From an uncultured Gammaproteobacteria bacterium (lineage in GTDB: Bacteria > Pseudomonadota > Gammaproteobacteria > JAURND01), in contig CAVQQD010000002.1 of NCBI GenBank assembly GCA_963714975.1, positions 832,001 through 896,000 of the forward strand: a stretch of DNA of 64,000 bases, in the 5' to 3' direction. The notes under the pieces are model-generated. The model did not search any database and was not told the origin of the DNA. It worked only from the letters and a program-made list of their open reading frames with translations. Positions 50,344 through 59,225 of this stretch are shown here, piece after piece. A program made the translations under genes and the position numbers. Positions within the stretch are counted from its first letter, which is position 1, and the number at the start of each line of letters is the position of its first letter.

Positions 50344-51573
50344 ATGAAAAAAATTAATAAATTTGCCAGTGCACTGGCATTTTTTATGCCGCTAGCACTA
50401 GTAAGCTCAGCCTATGCAGCTGCAGCCTTACCGCAAGCAAAAGCCTACGTTGCCAATTTCAAAGATAACACCCTCAGTGTAATTAACCTAGTTACGAATA
50501 AAGTGACTTATACTCTTCCAGTCCCTAAAGGACCAGATGGTATGGTCATTACTCCTGATAATCGTTATGTTTATTTAAGCGATAGTGGGGATGGTCAAGT
50601 AAGTGTGATTGATACTGCCTCGGATAGTATCCTAACCAACATCCCAGTAGGTAATAAACCACAAGGATTGGCTATTACACCCAATGGTCAAAGCATACTA
50701 GTTGCTGTCACCGACGACAATGCTGTTAAGGTGATAGATGCACAGACCAATCAAATAACCAGGACCTATCCAGTGAAAAGGCCTTATTATATCGCCATCA
50801 GCCCAGACAGTAAAACAGCCTACATTGGCTCACAAGATCCCGATCACTTTGCTTTAGTGGTTCTAAATCTTTCCAAAAATCGTATTATAGGAGAAATCCC
50901 CCTCAATAATGCTCCCCGCATCGTACAATATAGCCCAGATGGTAAGTGTCTGTATTTTACCCTGGCTGGAGATAATGCTATCTTTATCTTAGATCTTAGC
51001 AATCATCAAATAATTGCTAGAATGCCCACTGGAGCCTCTCCGCACTCGCTATTATTCACTCATAAGGGCGGGCTGGGGTTTACTGCCACCCAAGGTTCTG
51101 GGATGTTAGAGGTATTTAATCCTAGGCTAAGTAAGGTCGCCCATGAAATTGCCCTAGGTAAACTACCCTACTGGATTGCAATTACTCCCAATGATGCCAA
51201 AGCCTATGTGAGCAACGAAGGGAGTAATAGTGTTGCAGTGATTGACATACCTCGACTGGCAAAGGTGAACACCATTCCGGTAGGGAAAGCACCGCGGCAA
51301 ATTGTATTAGTGAGTGTCCCGCAGCCTACCTATAGAATATCAATTGAAAACTACAAATTTACCCCGAAAAATATTACTGTGCCGCTAGGTACCGAAATAA
51401 CTTGGGCAAATAACGATTCCGTCCCGCATACCATTATTTCCGAAGATCCTAGTGTCAATTCGGGGGAACTTTCTTCGGACGCTAGTTATAGCCATACTTT
51501 TAATGCACCAGGCGCCTATCGCTATTTTTGTGATACCCACCCTTTTATGATTGGCAAAGTTATTGTCCAATAG
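50344..51573 (+). CDS. Secreted YVTN-type beta-propeller with C-terminal type-1 copper (amicyanin/plastocyanin-like) domain
   Basis: Repeats YV.N....SVID...IPVG..P. C-terminal W.N.D..PHT ... YFCDTHPFM.G.V.V. Confidence 0.88.
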   Translation: MKKINKFASALAFFMPLALVSSAYAAAALPQAKAYVANFKDNTLSVINLVTNKVTYTLPVPKGPDGMVITPDNRYVYLSDSGDGQVSVIDTASDSILTNIPVGNKPQGLAITPNGQSILVAVTDDNAVKVIDAQTNQITRTYPVKRPYYIAISPDSKTAYIGSQDPDHFALVVLNLSKNRIIGEIPLNNAPRIVQYSPDGKCLYFTLAGDNAIFILDLSNHQIIARMPTGASPHSLLFTHKGGLGFTATQGSGMLEVFNPRLSKVAHEIALGKLPYWIAITPNDAKAYVSNEGSNSVAVIDIPRLAKVNTIPVGKAPRQIVLVSVPQPTYRISIENYKFTPKNITVPLGTEITWANNDSVPHTIISEDPSVNSGELSSDASYSHTFNAPGAYRYFCDTHPFMIGKVIVQ

Positions 51574-51575
51574 CT

Positions 51576-51608
51576 CTTAATATTTTGTTAAGTTTCATGA
51601 ATTAAACT
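51576..51608 (+). promoter_or_regulatory. PmrA-type box and -10
   Basis: CTTAATATT-TT-GTTAAGTTT, with TAAACT 10 nt after GTTAAG. Confidence 0.65.
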
Positions 51609-51655
51609 AGCAAAAAGTATTTCACGTTCACTCTTAATGCTGAGGATTTTTATTC

Positions 51656-52945
51656 ATGAAAAAAATGACACTAATAGCCAGTTTGGCAGGGAACACTTTG
51701 GAATGGTACGATTACCTGCTTTATGCCTATTTTGCTTCGATATTGGCTCCTCTCTTTTTCCCGTCAGCCGATCCTCGTGTCTCCCTACTCCTGACTTTTG
51801 CTGCCTTTGCCGTTGGCTTTTTTGCCCGGCCCTTAGGAGCTATCGTGCTGGGTCATATTGGAGATACTTATGGGAGAAAAACCACCCTGCTCATCTCAAT
51901 GTCTTTAATTACCATTGCTACGATTGGTATTGGTTTATTACCTACTTATCAGGCTATTGGTGCTGCTGCTCCCATTATCCTCACGTTAATTCGCTGTATT
52001 CAAGGTTTTGCGGTAGCTGGAGAAATTGGTACGGCTGCTTCATTTTTGGTAGAACAAGCCCCAGCAAAGCGCCGCGGTATCGCAGGTAGTTCTGTGCTCT
52101 GTACGGCCTATATTGGTATTTTGTTAGGCGCTTTGATTGCAGAAGTAACCACTTTAATTATTCCCACGGATATTCTTCATACCTGGGGATGGAGGATTCC
52201 TTTCTTATTAGCGGCTCCTTGGGGTATTATCGGTATTATTCTTCGTTTGCGGATTGTAGAATCCGATCATTTTAAAGCTGCTCAAAAGAAGCCGCGTAGT
52301 GGGGCTCCTATCAAATTACTGCTTTTCAAGTATCCACGTTTATTGTTATGTTGCATTGGGGTTATTATTGCCACAGCGGTAAATGAATACTTTTTAATTG
52401 CTTACTTTACCACTTACCTAACAGAACATGGCATACACTTAAGAGCAGCTATGCTCATCAACGTGGTCAGCCTCTTGTTCTTTTTATGTTCAGTTCCCTT
52501 TTTTGGTCATCTTTCAGACCTTTATGGCAGAAAAAAAATATTCTTATGTGGTACGGTTTCTTTATTAGTTGTGATGTTTCCGGTCTTTTGGCTTTTGTCG
52601 CAACAAGTGTTTTTCCTCGCCTTAGTGGGGGAAATTATCTTCGCTCTCGCTCTTGGCAGTATTGCTAGCGTGATTTTTACTATCGTGGCGGAAAATTTTG
52701 CAACTGAAATCCGTAATACTGCAGTCACTTTTGCTTATAATATGACTTTTGCCATCTTTGGTGGCACTGCCCCATTTATGGCAGTTTTCTTGGTTCACCT
52801 CACAGGACTGAGTATTGCTCCTGCATTCTATGCTGCAGCCGGTGTCATTGTAGCAATCGCTGCAGTGCTGAGTCTAAAAGAAACTTATAAGCAACCTTTG
52901 AAGTCTGCAGATTCTCTTTCTTCCCCCCAGGGGGAAAAGGGATAG
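51656..52945 (+). CDS. MFS metabolite:H+ symporter (ProP/MHS family)
   Basis: GNTLEWYD, RPLG....G..GD.YGRK, R..QG...GE and WGWRIPFL motifs. Confidence 0.93.
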   Translation: MKKMTLIASLAGNTLEWYDYLLYAYFASILAPLFFPSADPRVSLLLTFAAFAVGFFARPLGAIVLGHIGDTYGRKTTLLISMSLITIATIGIGLLPTYQAIGAAAPIILTLIRCIQGFAVAGEIGTAASFLVEQAPAKRRGIAGSSVLCTAYIGILLGALIAEVTTLIIPTDILHTWGWRIPFLLAAPWGIIGIILRLRIVESDHFKAAQKKPRSGAPIKLLLFKYPRLLLCCIGVIIATAVNEYFLIAYFTTYLTEHGIHLRAAMLINVVSLLFFLCSVPFFGHLSDLYGRKKIFLCGTVSLLVVMFPVFWLLSQQVFFLALVGEIIFALALGSIASVIFTIVAENFATEIRNTAVTFAYNMTFAIFGGTAPFMAVFLVHLTGLSIAPAFYAAAGVIVAIAAVLSLKETYKQPLKSADSLSSPQGEKG

Positions 52946-52953
52946 TGGCCTTT

Positions 52954-53517
52954 TTATTTCATAGGCTGCTGCAATAAAGAATTAATTGCTACTCCGGAGG
53001 GATATTGATCTGAGGGCATCCTGACTATTTGTAAGGTTATCAAGTAATTTTCTTCTTGAGTAATGGTTTTTTTGGGGTCGGCTGTTTCATAACGCGTGTA
53101 TAGTGGGACTTCAACAGTCCAACTATACCTACCACTGATCACCCCTTGATTCACGATTTTACTAGGTTTGGGCACTGTGGCTATGATAGTGAGCTGATGT
53201 TCAGTTAAGGTTTTAAGATTGCCCGAAGATTGCAGATGAGCGCTGTATTTTTTCCAAGCTCCTGGCGTTAGATATTTGGCGTTATCTGCCATGGTTTTTT
53301 TATAGTCTTTGTAACTGTAGCCAAAAATAGCTGTAGTCGCCCGATTTGCCCAATTGATAAGATCATTAGCTTGCACTTTGGGCTCGGATAGGTTTTCACT
53401 GGACGCAGGAGCAGTTTGAGGGGCTTGGTCTGTCACCGTTTGATTGACGGAGGCTTTTTCTGCCATGCCCGTGATGGAGATTGTGCTCAATAAGGCTGCG
53501 AAAATTAACTGTTTCAT
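52954..53517 (-). CDS. IcmL/DotI-like type IVB secretion protein (VirB8-like fold)
   Basis: WA..A....F.Y.Y.DY, Y.T..AW..Y...L..SGNL, G.YSW.V.VP and GVAI motifs. Signal peptide. Confidence 0.82.
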   Translation of the reverse strand: MKQLIFAALLSTISITGMAEKASVNQTVTDQAPQTAPASSENLSEPKVQANDLINWANRATTAIFGYSYKDYKKTMADNAKYLTPGAWKKYSAHLQSSGNLKTLTEHQLTIIATVPKPSKIVNQGVISGRYSWTVEVPLYTRYETADPKKTITQEENYLITLQIVRMPSDQYPSGVAINSLLQQPMK

Positions 53518-53526
53518 AAATCCTCA

Positions 53527-54084
53527 CTAGAAAATGTAGTAATAATTAATCGAATAAATAGCAATGCCTTGTGGATTAATTCGGGTTGAAACACGAATAA
53601 TATTTAATGTTGTAATCATTCGCTCCTTTTTTACCACAGTTTCAGTGGCTGTGTCTTCATAAGTCACTTCAATGGGGACTTGGATTTTCCAACTATAACG
53701 ACCATATTCAGCTCCTTGACTGACGATGCGTCCATTATTCATTAAGTTAGCTGTGAGTTTCATCTTATTTTGTTTAATAATCTTTATATTTCCTGATTTT
53801 TGTAGGGCAGCTTTAAACTCTTTCCAGGCAATAGGGGTAAAATACAGGGAAGCCTCTTCTAAGAGTTGCTCATAATTGGTGTAATCGTAGGTAAAAATAT
53901 TGATAACAGCTTTATCCGCCCAGTTTAATATTTGAGCATCTGCTAGATTAGCTTGATCCAAGGGAATATTGTTGTTGAGAGGCACCCCCAGCGCACTAAA
54001 GGCAGTGATTAGGCAGACTAAAGCTATACTAAGGAACTTTAGTTTCTTGAAAATCTGAACCCGATCCAGCACTGTCACCGCCAT
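53527..54084 (-). CDS. IcmL/DotI-like type IVB secretion protein
   Basis: WA.KA....FTYDY.NY, YFT..AW..F..AL..SGNI, GRYSW..QVP and R....NP.GIAI motifs. Confidence 0.85.
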   Translation of the reverse strand: MAVTVLDRVQIFKKLKFLSIALVCLITAFSALGVPLNNNIPLDQANLADAQILNWADKAVINIFTYDYTNYEQLLEEASLYFTPIAWKEFKAALQKSGNIKIIKQNKMKLTANLMNNGRIVSQGAEYGRYSWKIQVPIEVTYEDTATETVVKKERMITTLNIIRVSTRINPQGIAIYSINYYYIF

Positions 54085-54168
54085 GTAAAAACTTCTCCTT
54101 ATTTGCTTTGCTAATAATTATAGGCCAACATTCCCTCTCTCGCTTATGAGATGTCTATGGGGTGATGA

Positions 54169-55038
54169 CTAATGCATGACGACTTCTAATAATGGCCTTA
54201 ACTGCTCGACAATTTTTCCCGAAAGATCGATGCGATTGCTAGCATGAGGAATAGTATTGCAGGTGATAATCCGTTTCGCCCCAGCAATAAGCAAACTCTC
54301 ATAAGCATCCTGAACAAATAAGCCATGTATCACCAGACACACAGGTGGTTTTAATCCCATCGCTTCCAAACGTTGAACCGCTTTCAACATTTTCTTGCCA
54401 GAGGTAATCACATCATCCATTAATATGGGGGTATAAGATTGATAACTATAGATTTCCGAAAAACCAGCGGATGTTTTATAACGCCCAAGGGTATCTAAAT
54501 TAAAATAAGGCGCTTCGATGCTAGCGGCCACCTGCTTGATCCAATTCTGGGTTTTATGATGAAAACTAAGAATTAACGGCTTTTTTACCTTAGCTCCCAC
54601 CCATTCAGCCATCTCTTCTTCTACTGAAACAAGTTGGGTAGGAATGGTATAAATTTCTTTTAATGAGAGCTTTTGCCAATGCACATCTACGCTAATTACC
54701 CAGTCAACATATTCGGATAACAATGTGGCAAAATAACGACAGGAATTATTGTCGTTTTGAGTATAAGGCAAAAAGGGGGCAATCAAGCCAATTTTTTGTG
54801 CCCCTAAATCACGTAAGGTACGAACTAAAAATAGCAAAGGCAAAATTTTAAAATTGGGGTTGTAAAGACTTTCAAAGATTAAACACAAACGACCCCGGAT
54901 TTGTCCTTGGATCTTAATATAGGTTTCTTCATCAGCAGACTCATGTAAAATAACCGGTAATGAATCAGCATGAAGCTGCATTCTAAGATTATCCAGTAAT
55001 TCTCCTTCACTATATAAAGTAAGTAAAATAGGTTTCAT
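54169..55038 (-). CDS. Ribose-phosphate pyrophosphokinase-like protein (divergent)
   Basis: D.ETY..I, LGA..I.L.APFLPY, DDVITSG, HG.F and I.CNTI motifs. Confidence 0.75.
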   Translation of the reverse strand: MKPILLTLYSEGELLDNLRMQLHADSLPVILHESADEETYIKIQGQIRGRLCLIFESLYNPNFKILPLLFLVRTLRDLGAQKIGLIAPFLPYTQNDNNSCRYFATLLSEYVDWVISVDVHWQKLSLKEIYTIPTQLVSVEEEMAEWVGAKVKKPLILSFHHKTQNWIKQVAASIEAPYFNLDTLGRYKTSAGFSEIYSYQSYTPILMDDVITSGKKMLKAVQRLEAMGLKPPVCLVIHGLFVQDAYESLLIAGAKRIITCNTIPHASNRIDLSGKIVEQLRPLLEVVMH

Positions 55039-55069
55039 AGGTAGCCCCAAAGTCGTCGCTGCATACCTA

Positions 55070-55164
55070 GTCGTCATCCCTGCATGGAAGCAGGGATCTA
55101 GGGCGCAGGAAGCGAAACTTTCACGTCCCTATGATCTGGATCTCGGCATCATGCCGAGACGACA
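55070..55164. repeat. Family C palindromic element
   Basis: gtcgtcatccctgcatggaagcagggatctagg...ctggatctcggcatcatgccgagacgac. Confidence 0.75.
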
Positions 55165-55202
55165 TTTGTTTTTAGCAAATTATACCCTTAAAGGAGGCTT
55201 AA

Positions 55203-55886
55203 ATGCCAAAATATATCGACCTGACCCACACTCTCAGCGAATCCATCGGGGTATATCCCGGAAAAACCCCCTTTAAACGCAAGATTTATCAAATTGAAGA
55301 GCACCATGCCCGCATGGATGATATGGAATTATCGATGGGTATTGGCACGCATATCGACGCCCCCAGACATTTTTGCCCAGAGCTAGGTGGCGCAGATCAA
55401 TTAGAAATCTCCCATTTTTTTGCCCCGGGCTGTGTGATTAACCTTGCCGATCAAGTGCAAAATAATGCCGATTTTCTGGCGACTGCTGCTGATCTAGAAC
55501 ACTGGGAAAAAACGCAGCAAACCCAGATTCCAAAGGATAGCATATGTTTTATTTATACCGGTTGGTCGCAATACTGGCAGGAAGAAAAATTTTGTGCTGT
55601 GGACTCGCAGGGCAAGTGCCATTTTCCTGGAATTGATACCACAGCGGCTGAGTTACTGGTGAGTCGCGGGGTAATTGGAGTGGGGATTGATACGATGGGA
55701 ATTGATGCTGGGATTAGTGATACCTATCCCGTGCATAAGATTTTATTACCAAAAAAGATTTACATTCTAGAGAATGTCGCCAATTTAGAGCTTTTGCCTC
55801 CCCTGGGAGCTGCTATCTACGCCTTTCCCATGAAGATTGCCGATGCTCCTGAAGCCCCGGTGCGGCTGGTGGCTGTTTTGGCTTGA
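55203..55886 (+). CDS. Cyclase family metal-dependent hydrolase (kynurenine formamidase-like)
   Basis: IDLTH, GTHIDAP.HF, TGW, FPG, GIDT, H..L, ENV.NL and P.R motifs. Confidence 0.88.
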   Translation: MPKYIDLTHTLSESIGVYPGKTPFKRKIYQIEEHHARMDDMELSMGIGTHIDAPRHFCPELGGADQLEISHFFAPGCVINLADQVQNNADFLATAADLEHWEKTQQTQIPKDSICFIYTGWSQYWQEEKFCAVDSQGKCHFPGIDTTAAELLVSRGVIGVGIDTMGIDAGISDTYPVHKILLPKKIYILENVANLELLPPLGAAIYAFPMKIADAPEAPVRLVAVLA

Positions 55887-55897
55887 ATCCGATTGGC

Positions 55898-56028
55898 TTA
55901 TCCTTCTCCCCTTGTGGGAGAAGGTGCCGAAGGCGGATGAGGGGTAAGCTTGAAATGGCTCAAAGCCAGGAAGGAACTCCCCCTCATCCGGCCTACGGCT
56001 ACCTTCTCCCACAAGGGGAGAAGGATAA
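55898..56028. repeat. Family B element, inverted pair
   Basis: Perfect 28-bp IR ttatccttctccccttgtgggagaaggt / accttctcccacaaggggagaaggataa. Confidence 0.9.
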
Positions 56029-56078
56029 TCTTACCCGCTCAATTCTACATAGAGATAGCGCCGGAAATTTTCTCAATC

Positions 56079-59000
56079 CTATACACTAGCAAGATTAGTA
56101 TTCAAGGATCCCCCTGTGGCGTTGCTGTCATCAGGAACTTCTGTGTTGTTGTTGCTGCCATTAACTTCTTCCGGAGTATCGGGGCGAGTGTCACTCCTAG
56201 AAAGATTAAGAGTCACTAAGTATTCTTCTTCCTCTGCTATTTCTTTGCTTGCTACCTTCCGCGCATCTTGGATTATTAAATCAACCTTTTTTTGTACCTT
56301 TTGTTGTAACTTACCCAACTGAGTGGAGTTATCAGTATTGCCTAAATATTCAATAAAATCACTAAGTGACCACTGGGTTGCGGTTGCTTTTATTTTCGCT
56401 TGCCTGGCAATTTCTGTCTCCCTGCGCTGTACAGCACTTAATAAGTTTGAATAAGGCCCCCCCGATACCTGCATGTCAAATGTATCAATACCTGGTTGCA
56501 AACCCAAAGTCATTGCGACTTGCTTAAAACCTTCCTTGCAGCAGTTAGTTGCCTCTGCTATCTCATGCTCATGCCAAGCCAGCACTGCCTGATTAACCTC
56601 ATCTGTAGCCTCCGCTAGATCTTCTGCAAAGCTAGAGCTATTATCAAGTCCTTGCACTGCTCTTGTTAGCAGTGTTTGCGCCGTTTTAACTTCAGCTTTA
56701 TAGTTTCTATCCTGGTTTAATGCCTGCATCAATGGCTCATTTTGCAGATATTCACACCACTGATCTGCAGTGCTATCACTATTAAGCCATTCTAAATGTC
56801 CAGTGCTATCAAGGTATACTGAAATTTCATCTTTATTAGGTTCTGCCTGGATGTCACTTAGACTACTATCATTTTCAAGCATCCGCGTAAATACTTGCTG
56901 ATCGATCTGCTCTACCTGATCTTTTCGCGCTTTTGCTGTCTCAGCTCGTTGTTGTAACTCTTGGTAGTTCGGGGTCAGCGCATAAATGTAAAAACTAAAT
57001 ACCAATGTCATCACAATCAATGTTAGCGACATGGCTAGAAGTTGCTTTGGGTCTAAATCTACAATGCGAAATTCTGACTTCAAAGCGGCAGGCACCATGA
57101 CACCCCCAGCAAAAGTCGTAGCCACTAGAGGTACTAGCAACCAAAGATACTTCCATCTCGGATTGCCAACCTCTTGTTGCTTATTTACATACTCCTGTTT
57201 GGAACAAAACCGCATTTGCGCCATCCTAATCCTTGCGCCATAAATTTCCATTGCTGCTTGAAGTTTTTGTCCCTGATCTGGGTCACGATAATCTAAATAT
57301 ATCCCCAAAAACTCCAGTTGATCATTCATATTGGCACAAAAGGGATTTAATTTGCCGAGATGATTCTCTCTCATCGTGGCATCATTACCCCCAGGGAGTG
57401 CGGCAGGATCTGAAAAAGTAAAGGAGGTTACTGGATAGGCTACCGATTTGGGAGGAATTTTTCGTGCCTCTTGCGTATCAGACTTTAATTCCTTTTCGTC
57501 CGCCTGATTTGTAGAAGACTCTTGAGATTCCCGTTGAGGGAGGCGTTTTAAGGCATCGACTTCACCTGAAAAAGAAAGCACATCGATGCCTAATTCTTTC
57601 CCTAAAGACACTGCCTGCGCTCGGAAGAATTCCATTGCCTTGAGATTCAGCCAATAACTTTCATAAGCCTTTTTACCCTGCTTAACTAATGGATAGTGAA
57701 CTGAACCCCATCTCTCTTCATAGTTAGGTTCAAGAGGTTGATTTGATGGTTCTAATGCAGGAAGTGTTTTAACTTTTATAAGCGTTTCTTGCAATTTACC
57801 ACTCGTTTCACCATGTATACTGTCCCGATACTGTTGAGTTACATCACCCCAAAATTCTAAGTGAGGGAAGCTAATCGATTTAATAGCTGTAATATTCTTT
57901 TTATGAAGCCTAAGTTTTGCAAGGCCACGTAATATCCCTTGGTAGAGGGCGGGGGTATAAGCAGCATATAATTCTCCCTTCCTTTGTAAATCAGTAGCCG
58001 ACATAAAGTCACCCATACCGATGGCTCCTATTTTACAATGGGTTTTTTTACCATGAACCTTGGCTATAGTAGATGCATTAATAACTTCGGCAACCACCAT
58101 ATTTGCAATATGTTCAATATAGGGTTCGGTATCTACTGCCTCTTTATCCTCTCCTCGCTTATCTGAAAACATTTGATAACGACTGCCAGATAAATAGTGT
58201 TTATCATTATTTTCAAGATTATTTTCAAGCAATTGCTGAGTTTGGTATTCCTCCTGAGCTTTCGCAAAAGGAATAAGTTTACTCTCTCTCACAGGTAACC
58301 GCCGCCTTCTTAAAAAATCATCCAAAGCGCTTTGCCTCTCTGGGGCAAATTTCTTTTTGCTTTCGGTACCGGCATCATTGGTTTTCTGTTCTCGAATTTC
58401 AGATTCTATTTCCGATTTTGCTTCTTCTGCTTCGGGATAAATATGATAGAGATTTCCTGTGCCATCAAGCCGTTGATCGTGATGTTGTGGAGGTGATTGA
58501 TCAACTAAAAAACTTAGTTGGGGAGTTGGAAGTGGCCGTCCTCCTATATGCGTAGTCCACGCACTACCGGTGATCTGACAAAGCGAGACGAGATGCCTGA
58601 GTGCGCGCTGGATGACCGGACTTATACCATCGGCAATAGTCTCATCTGGCGAAGTTGGTTCCGATGCATTTTTGCTCTGATTACGAGTAATTAATTGCAA
58701 GTGCCAGAGCGTTACCTCTTTAAACTCCCTAGGATAGGTAATGTTTTTGATTGTACCGTCAGGCTGGGTAATCGCTATGGGTTTTCCTGCTAAGTGCGGA
58801 TGCAAAGCTTGCAAACCAATTCTGACTTCAGGAGGGGCAAAAATAAAGACCGTGGGATCCTGCGACATAGCGACATCGTTGGAATTCTGTTTAGCCCTTC
58901 TTGGCACTTGAACGGGTTGTGAGGTAATTGGGTCCGAAAAACTTGGAGCTCTTTGCTGCTCAAAGAGAGTTCTTTGGGTTGTCGGGTTCCAAAAAGGTGA

Positions 59001-59096
59001 ATTGGGGAGATTTCCTGTATTAAGTTTAGATTTGAGCTTGCTTTCATCTTTGCGTTCATTAGTGCCTGGTTCACCTTGTTCTTCAGCCATATCCAT
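56079..59096 (-). CDS. Large orphan protein with two TM helices, candidate Dot/Icm effector
   Basis: 1005-aa ORF with a PmrA-type box upstream, TM hairpin, coiled coils and an acidic EEEE block near the C-terminus. Confidence 0.75.
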   Translation of the reverse strand: MDMAEEQGEPGTNERKDESKLKSKLNTGNLPNSPFWNPTTQRTLFEQQRAPSFSDPITSQPVQVPRRAKQNSNDVAMSQDPTVFIFAPPEVRIGLQALHPHLAGKPIAITQPDGTIKNITYPREFKEVTLWHLQLITRNQSKNASEPTSPDETIADGISPVIQRALRHLVSLCQITGSAWTTHIGGRPLPTPQLSFLVDQSPPQHHDQRLDGTGNLYHIYPEAEEAKSEIESEIREQKTNDAGTESKKKFAPERQSALDDFLRRRRLPVRESKLIPFAKAQEEYQTQQLLENNLENNDKHYLSGSRYQMFSDKRGEDKEAVDTEPYIEHIANMVVAEVINASTIAKVHGKKTHCKIGAIGMGDFMSATDLQRKGELYAAYTPALYQGILRGLAKLRLHKKNITAIKSISFPHLEFWGDVTQQYRDSIHGETSGKLQETLIKVKTLPALEPSNQPLEPNYEERWGSVHYPLVKQGKKAYESYWLNLKAMEFFRAQAVSLGKELGIDVLSFSGEVDALKRLPQRESQESSTNQADEKELKSDTQEARKIPPKSVAYPVTSFTFSDPAALPGGNDATMRENHLGKLNPFCANMNDQLEFLGIYLDYRDPDQGQKLQAAMEIYGARIRMAQMRFCSKQEYVNKQQEVGNPRWKYLWLLVPLVATTFAGGVMVPAALKSEFRIVDLDPKQLLAMSLTLIVMTLVFSFYIYALTPNYQELQQRAETAKARKDQVEQIDQQVFTRMLENDSSLSDIQAEPNKDEISVYLDSTGHLEWLNSDSTADQWCEYLQNEPLMQALNQDRNYKAEVKTAQTLLTRAVQGLDNSSSFAEDLAEATDEVNQAVLAWHEHEIAEATNCCKEGFKQVAMTLGLQPGIDTFDMQVSGGPYSNLLSAVQRRETEIARQAKIKATATQWSLSDFIEYLGNTDNSTQLGKLQQKVQKKVDLIIQDARKVASKEIAEEEEYLVTLNLSRSDTRPDTPEEVNGSNNNTEVPDDSNATGGSLNTNLASV

Positions 59097-59131
59097 AATT
59101 TTTCCCCATTGTAGTAGCTTATAGTAGGAGC

Positions 59132-59164
59132 AGTTTAACTAGGTTTTCTTAACTGAATATTAAA
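59132..59164 (-). promoter_or_regulatory. PmrA-type box and -10
   Basis: Minus strand TTTAATATT-CA-GTTAAGAAA, with TAAACT 10 nt after GTTAAG. Confidence 0.62.
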
Positions 59165-59225
59165 TCTTCTGCAGGGTTGTTGAAAAATCTTTTCTCCCCC
59201 AACCGTTTTTGTTGGTGAAGGATAA

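Noticed and set aside
52954-54084. Conjugative element (TraM-like genes)
   Set aside because: No relaxase, coupling protein or other tra genes nearby; better explained as chromosomal IcmL-like paralogues.
55785-56322. Short ORFs around 55.8-56.3 kb, and the similar ORF at 29464-29721
   Set aside because: Translations of family B repeats (FSHKGRR, PQGEK, GEG..RPDEG) or antisense shadows.
34582-59100. tRNA-Arg-anchored genomic island or prophage
   Set aside because: No integrase or phage genes, and no duplicated tRNA 3' end (attR) was noticed.
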